NCBI GenBank assembly: GCA_002422025.1
Contig: DISV01000005.1
Location: forward strand, 136,834 to 200,833
Direction: 5' to 3'
Length of the DNA stretch: 64,000 bases
Origin: Patescibacteria group bacterium UBA6201
GTDB taxonomy: Bacteria > Patescibacteriota > Minisyncoccia > Phycocordibacterales > UBA918
This document shows, in pieces, positions 59,229 through 64,000 of this stretch (positions are counted from its first letter, which is position 1; the number at the start of each line of letters is the position of its first letter). The notes beneath the pieces are model-generated. The model saw only the letters and a list, made by a program, of their open reading frames with translations, was not told the origin of the DNA and made no database searches. A program made the position numbers and the translations under genes.

Positions 59229-60941
59229 TTATGTTGGTAGTCTCGCTTTTAGAATATCTATTTCCTTGAGCTTAGCACTAGCATCTTCCTCCCTCCCTTC
59301 TTGTTCAGCCAATAACATTGCTTCTTTCAATAAGAGAATTTTTTCTTTTGTGAAAAGCTCGTTCAACTGCTGAAGTTTATGCTCCCAATCTTCTCTGACT
59401 GTGCGTTGTCGCGATTCACTTATATAAGTTTCAAGAGTAAAGAAAAGTTGGCTTTTTACGTTGCTGGATAGTGTCTCGCGCACTTCCTCAGGAGTTTGCC
59501 CGACGATTTCAATGAATCGTTCGGATAGCATTTGTCCTTCGCTTGGTTCTAGAAGTTCCTCAATCACTGATAAGAAGGCGAGAACATTTTCCTTCCTACT
59601 TGAGGTTGGCATGACTTTTTCAACAAATTGTTCTGCCTCTCGCACTCTATCTTTAGCGCGTTCATTTTCTTTGTTAGCTTCTAAGCGTGCGACATCAAGA
59701 CGGACTGATTCAACATTAATACCCAACCTTTCGGCAATAAGATTGGCAAAATGATCTCTGTCGATATAACTTTCAATTAAGAGAAGATAAGGCAATATTT
59801 CGTCACTAGCTCTCATCTTAAATTTGCGCTCGTCAGCACACTCTTCCTTCAGTAGATTTAGAAGAAACTCAATCACGTGTGTCGCTTCCTTAATATCCTT
59901 CTTTAAAAGATTAGGGTCTTCAGCCACGAGGTCGGCCGGATCTTTTCCGCCATGCAGTCTCGCAACTTTGAGGTCAATTCCTCGAGCCAACATTAGCTCG
60001 GCGGCCCGCTTGACCGCCGCTACGCCGGCTCGGTCGGCATCGAGTGCCAACACTACCCGGTTAGAGAGTCTTTGTAAAAGCGAGACATGTTCAGGGGTTA
60101 AAGCTGTGCCAGATACAGCCACAGCATTCTTATACCCAGCCTGGTGCGACAGTACCACATCAAATTGCCCTTCCACAATTAGCGAAAAGTCGAGTTTATG
60201 AATACCGTGTTTAGCCTTGTCGTATCCAAATAATGCCTCAGACTTATTAAAAAGCATTGTCTCAGGTGAGTTAACGTACTTTGGTGCTTCGCTCTCCTTA
60301 CTTAAAACACGTCCGGAAAAGCCAATCACCCGTCCACTTGAATCCATTATTGGGAACATCACTCGATTACGGAATACGTCGTACGGTTGTTTGCCTTGGT
60401 CAGCCTGCTTCACGAGTCCGGCTTGAAGCATTAGGCTGTCGTCGTACCCTTTTGCTGTCAAGTGTTCTCGTAACTGACGCCAATCGTTAGGGGCGTAACC
60501 GATTCGCCATTTGGAGATGGTTTCATCATGCACTTCACGCTTTTTTAAATACTCGAGTGCGTCGTCAGCTTTACTCAAGGTCATTTCAAAAAACTTTGTA
60601 GCGTCTTCGAGTATTAGGTAGAGCGTATCACGAAGGTCTCGTTTCTTTGGGTCCTCTGGTATCAGCTCAATACCGGCTTTGTCTGCCAAAATTTTTAATG
60701 CTCCCTTGAAGTCCACTCCCTCCATTTTCTCTACAAAGGTAAACATATCTCCGCCTTGTGTGGAGGAGAAACAATAGTACATACCGCGGTCAGGAGAGAC
60801 ATAAAATGATGGGGTCTTTTCACTAGTAAAAGGCGATCTGCCTTTAAAATTTTTACCAGCCTTATGTAGCTCTACGTATGGAGAAATCACATCGATAATC
60901 GATAGTTTTTCCTTAATTCTCTGCACCGAATCTGTGGCCAT
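59229..60941 (-). CDS. dnaG: DNA primase
   Basis: FRNRVMFPI, KYVNSPET, VEGQFD and DADRAG (TOPRIM). Confidence 0.95.
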   Translation of the reverse strand: MATDSVQRIKEKLSIIDVISPYVELHKAGKNFKGRSPFTSEKTPSFYVSPDRGMYYCFSSTQGGDMFTFVEKMEGVDFKGALKILADKAGIELIPEDPKKRDLRDTLYLILEDATKFFEMTLSKADDALEYLKKREVHDETISKWRIGYAPNDWRQLREHLTAKGYDDSLMLQAGLVKQADQGKQPYDVFRNRVMFPIMDSSGRVIGFSGRVLSKESEAPKYVNSPETMLFNKSEALFGYDKAKHGIHKLDFSLIVEGQFDVVLSHQAGYKNAVAVSGTALTPEHVSLLQRLSNRVVLALDADRAGVAAVKRAAELMLARGIDLKVARLHGGKDPADLVAEDPNLLKKDIKEATHVIEFLLNLLKEECADERKFKMRASDEILPYLLLIESYIDRDHFANLIAERLGINVESVRLDVARLEANKENERAKDRVREAEQFVEKVMPTSSRKENVLAFLSVIEELLEPSEGQMLSERFIEIVGQTPEEVRETLSSNVKSQLFFTLETYISESRQRTVREDWEHKLQQLNELFTKEKILLLKEAMLLAEQEGREEDASAKLKEIDILKARLPT

Positions 60942-61142
60942 AATTGCTTCTATTTTAACCCGCAAAACTATACTTGACTAATATCTCCAAATGTTCTGTT
61001 ATAGAATTTATTATTAATTCCTGTTCAAACTCAAAGAGTAGAAAGCAGTATATTGAAACATTTGCAGTTGTTAGGGTTTATGACATAAGAATTTTATGTC
61101 ATAGTTGTGTTAGTAACTAGAAGTGACTAAAGGGAGGTTAAC

Positions 61143-61262
61143 ATGTACAAAAAAATGTTTTTGAGGGGTTTACCTCGCATACTACTGATTTGGCTTATCT
61201 TTGCTCTGTACTCATTAATCCCACTGCTCTTTGTACCAAGTTCGCCTTTTAGAATTTTCTAA
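61143..61262 (+). CDS. 39-aa membrane peptide (orphan)
   Basis: GGGAGGT SD; MYKKMFLRGLPRILLIWLIFALYSLIPLLFV... Confidence 0.5.
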   Translation: MYKKMFLRGLPRILLIWLIFALYSLIPLLFVPSSPFRIF

Positions 61263-61287
61263 TGAGTTATTGGTGGGTTTGGTAAAC

Positions 61288-61320
61288 AAAAAACCGGCAC
61301 AGAGTTGTGTCGGTTTTTTT
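61288..61320. terminator. Bidirectional terminator after rpoC
   Basis: aaaaaaccggcac/gtgtcggtttttt. Confidence 0.8.
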
Positions 61321-61356
61321 GTGTTTATTGTTTATTTCTACATCGTTCTACTATCC

Positions 61357-64000
61357 CTACTGTTCATCTGATACAGCTTTAATCATATCGTACTTCTTGG
61401 AGTTCTTGAAACCAGAACCTGCTGGGATGAGACGTCCAATGATGACGTTCTCCATTAGTCCTGCTAGGTTGTCCTGGCTTCCCTTTACTGCGGCGTTAAT
61501 CAAAACACGTGTAGTGTTTTGGAAGGATGCAGCGGATAGGAAGCTCTTTCTTGAAAGTGATGTCTCAGTGATTCCGAGAATAAGCCTTTCAGATTTTGCT
61601 GGTTCCTTTCCATCGGCCTTCATTGTCTTGTTGGCTTCTGCAAAGATCCATTCCTCCACAACGTCACCAATAGTAAAGTGTGTATCTCCAGCGTCGATTA
61701 TCTTTACACGGCTCATCATCTGCTTAACGATAAGCTCAATGTGCTTACGTGCGATTGTTACACCCTGGAGTTCATAAATCTTGTTAACTTCAGAAATGAT
61801 ATAGTCCTGAGTCAGTTCGCGGTTGCCGTACTTGAATAGCTCAGGTAGGTGCGCAGAACCATCAGTCATTAATTGACCACCGGTTACATTGTCTCCAACT
61901 GATACGGTAACCATTCGACGATAACTTACTTCATACTCAAGGTTGTCTGATGTCTTTTTAGCGTACTTAGCTCCCTTCACTGGGGTAACTACGATGACCT
62001 TTTCTTTACCTTCACGACGGATTTCGGTAACAATACCGTCGGTCTTGGATACAATAGCTGGAATTTTCGGCTGGCGTTTTTCAAACACTTCTTCTACACG
62101 TGGAAGACCTTGAGTCACGTCTCCACCGACTGACGCAGCACCTCCGGCATGCTTAGTGTTCATCGTTAGCTGAGTACCAGGCTCACCAATCGCTTGTGCG
62201 GCGATAGTACCAACAGCTTCACCAATGTCTACGACATGGTTAGTGGTTAGGTCATGGCCGTAACACTGCTGACAGACTCCACGCAAAGTGGCACAGGTCA
62301 TTGGAGAACGTACCACTACTGACTCACAAGTTGAACCCTCGAGTGCGATAGCATCACGACGAGACAGTAGGTGACCCTTCTTAAATATCACAACACCCTT
62401 ACTGTCAGTTGCGTCCTCAGCTAGTACGCGACCCTTAATTGCTTTAGAAAATGCAATCTCAATACCAGATGCTGAGATGCGACCAATCTTAGTTCCCTGC
62501 TTAGTCTTACAATCAATTTCAGTCACGATAGCGTCCTGGGCAACTACGAAGAGACGACGAGTTAAGTAACCAGCCTTCGCAGTTTGAAGTGCGGTGTCGG
62601 CTAGACCTTTACGTGAACCGTGAGTAGTAATGAAGTACTCGATTGGTGTCATACCCTCCTTCATCGAAGAAAGTACTGGGAATTCCAAAGTTTCACCACG
62701 AGTGTTGACGATAAGTCCCTTCATACCAGCCATCTGTGCAATCTGTCCTAGAGAACCGCGAGCACCAGACTTCCACATCTCGAAAGCAGAACCGTTTTCG
62801 TCCAAAGTTTCCGGCAAGATACCCTCAAGTTCACTCTTGGCATGGTGCCACACACCCACGATCATGCGACGGCGCTCGTCTCTTGAAATAAGACCCTCAT
62901 CAAAATGAGCAAAAATCTCTCGTTCTGATGCGCGAGCCTTTTCAATAATGGTAGCCTTCCCTTTTGGAATAACCACTTCATCAATACCCCAAGTTGTACC
63001 AGACTGTGTCGCGTACTTGAAGCCAAACTTCTTGAGTCGGTCAACAATTGGTGGAACTGCATCGGAACCACGGTCATCAATAATATCAATAATGATATTG
63101 AAGAGTGTCTTTTGTACTACTACGTCGTTGATGAAATCGTAGTCACTAGGTAACACGCTGTTGAAAAGAAGACGTCCGACGGAAGTTTCAAACAACTTAC
63201 CTTCGTACTGCTTGTACTTAGGAGTATCGGTCGCTAGTACCTTAATCTTGGCTCGGAAGTCAACAACCCCGTAATCATAGGCGTTGATAGCATCGTTTGG
63301 TGAGGCAAAGAATTTATCCTCGCCCTTAGAACCAGCGATGATTTTGGTCATCCAGTAGGCACCGAGGGCCATATCAAGTAGTTTTTCTGAAACTACCGGC
63401 TCGGCAGAACCAGGCTTAAGGATGTTCTTGTTAGCAGAAATTATTTCCTTAGCCTCGAGCTGCGCCTCGTCTGAGAGAGGTACGTGTACCGCCATCTGGT
63501 CACCGTCGAAGTCAGCGTTGAAAGCGCGACAGACGAGTGGGTGTACCTGGATTGCGTTACCTTCGATAAGTACCGGACGGAAAGCCTGGATACCTTGACG
63601 GTGCAGGGTTGGAGCACGGTTTAGGAGAACGTGCTTGTTCTTAATGATGTTTTCTAGGATTGCCCAAACTTCTGGCACTCCGTCTTCAATCAGACGACCA
63701 GCGCCACGGATGTTATAAGCAAGTTCTTGTTTCAATAGTTGTGAAATCACGAATGGTCGGAACAGTTCCAGCGCCATATGCTTTGGAAGACCACACTGGT
63801 CGAGGTCTAGGTCTGGACCAATGACGATTACAGAACGTCCAGAGTAGTCAACACGCTTTCCGAGTAAGTTCTGTCGGAAGTATCCCTGTTTACTCTTGAG
63901 GTAGTCAGATAGAGACTTTAGTGGACGACGTTGTGCTTGACTCATCATTGAGTAAGCGCTGTTACCGTGACGGATTGAGTTATCGATTAGGGCGTCAACC
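61357..64000 (-). CDS. rpoC: RNA polymerase beta' subunit (5' part lies outside the window)
   Basis: [28 protein letters not shown] and SAASFQ motifs. Confidence 0.98.
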   Translation of the reverse strand, partial: VDALIDNSIRHGNSAYSMMSQAQRRPLKSLSDYLKSKQGYFRQNLLGKRVDYSGRSVIVIGPDLDLDQCGLPKHMALELFRPFVISQLLKQELAYNIRGAGRLIEDGVPEVWAILENIIKNKHVLLNRAPTLHRQGIQAFRPVLIEGNAIQVHPLVCRAFNADFDGDQMAVHVPLSDEAQLEAKEIISANKNILKPGSAEPVVSEKLLDMALGAYWMTKIIAGSKGEDKFFASPNDAINAYDYGVVDFRAKIKVLATDTPKYKQYEGKLFETSVGRLLFNSVLPSDYDFINDVVVQKTLFNIIIDIIDDRGSDAVPPIVDRLKKFGFKYATQSGTTWGIDEVVIPKGKATIIEKARASEREIFAHFDEGLISRDERRRMIVGVWHHAKSELEGILPETLDENGSAFEMWKSGARGSLGQIAQMAGMKGLIVNTRGETLEFPVLSSMKEGMTPIEYFITTHGSRKGLADTALQTAKAGYLTRRLFVVAQDAIVTEIDCKTKQGTKIGRISASGIEIAFSKAIKGRVLAEDATDSKGVVIFKKGHLLSRRDAIALEGSTCESVVVRSPMTCATLRGVCQQCYGHDLTTNHVVDIGEAVGTIAAQAIGEPGTQLTMNTKHAGGAASVGGDVTQGLPRVEEVFEKRQPKIPAIVSKTDGIVTEIRREGKEKVIVVTPVKGAKYAKKTSDNLEYEVSYRRMVTVSVGDNVTGGQLMTDGSAHLPELFKYGNRELTQDYIISEVNKIYELQGVTIARKHIELIVKQMMSRVKIIDAGDTHFTIGDVVEEWIFAEANKTMKADGKEPAKSERLILGITETSLSRKSFLSAASFQNTTRVLINAAVKGSQDNLAGLMENVIIGRLIPAGSGFKNSKKYDMIKAVSDEQ

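Noticed and set aside
1-64000. Recoded genetic code (TGA=Gly, as in Gracilibacteria/Absconditabacteria)
   Set aside because: Core genes are full length under code 11, and TGA ends the SDR gene at its expected C-terminus

Overview
Bacterial chromosomal segment using genetic code 11, most consistent with a Patescibacteria/Parcubacteria (CPR) genome. That assignment is inferred from the compact, divergent housekeeping genes, an HTH-MurA fusion and a degenerate PriA. Core genes include proS, rseP, frr, mreB, murA, priA, def-fmt, hpf, mutM, ung, truB, rpmG, prmC, hisS, uppP, rpoD, dnaG and a partial rpoC, plus tRNA-Asn and tRNA-Ala. The main accessory feature is a ~13.7 kb element (22691-36433) integrated in the 3' end of tRNA-Asn(GTT). 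It carries a SEC-C/PIN-like gene, a rolling-circle Rep, an excisionase-like HTH, a PLD-SNF2 helicase plus N6-methyltransferase pair, and a large serine recombinase. The recombinase gene appears to be cut by its own attachment site. When integrated it ends in 10 codons read antisense through the tRNA. Excision at a GCTCCGC core would join it in frame to a 33-codon tail at the far end of the element. Other signals: leaderless-type starts on many core genes versus promoter/SD/terminator cassettes on orphan genes, tRNA-3'-end fold-back elements, MITE-like nested inverted repeats, an alternative-oxidase-like protein, and a DnaA box plus palindrome between mreB and HTH-murA. No database searches were run; all calls come from reading the sequence.
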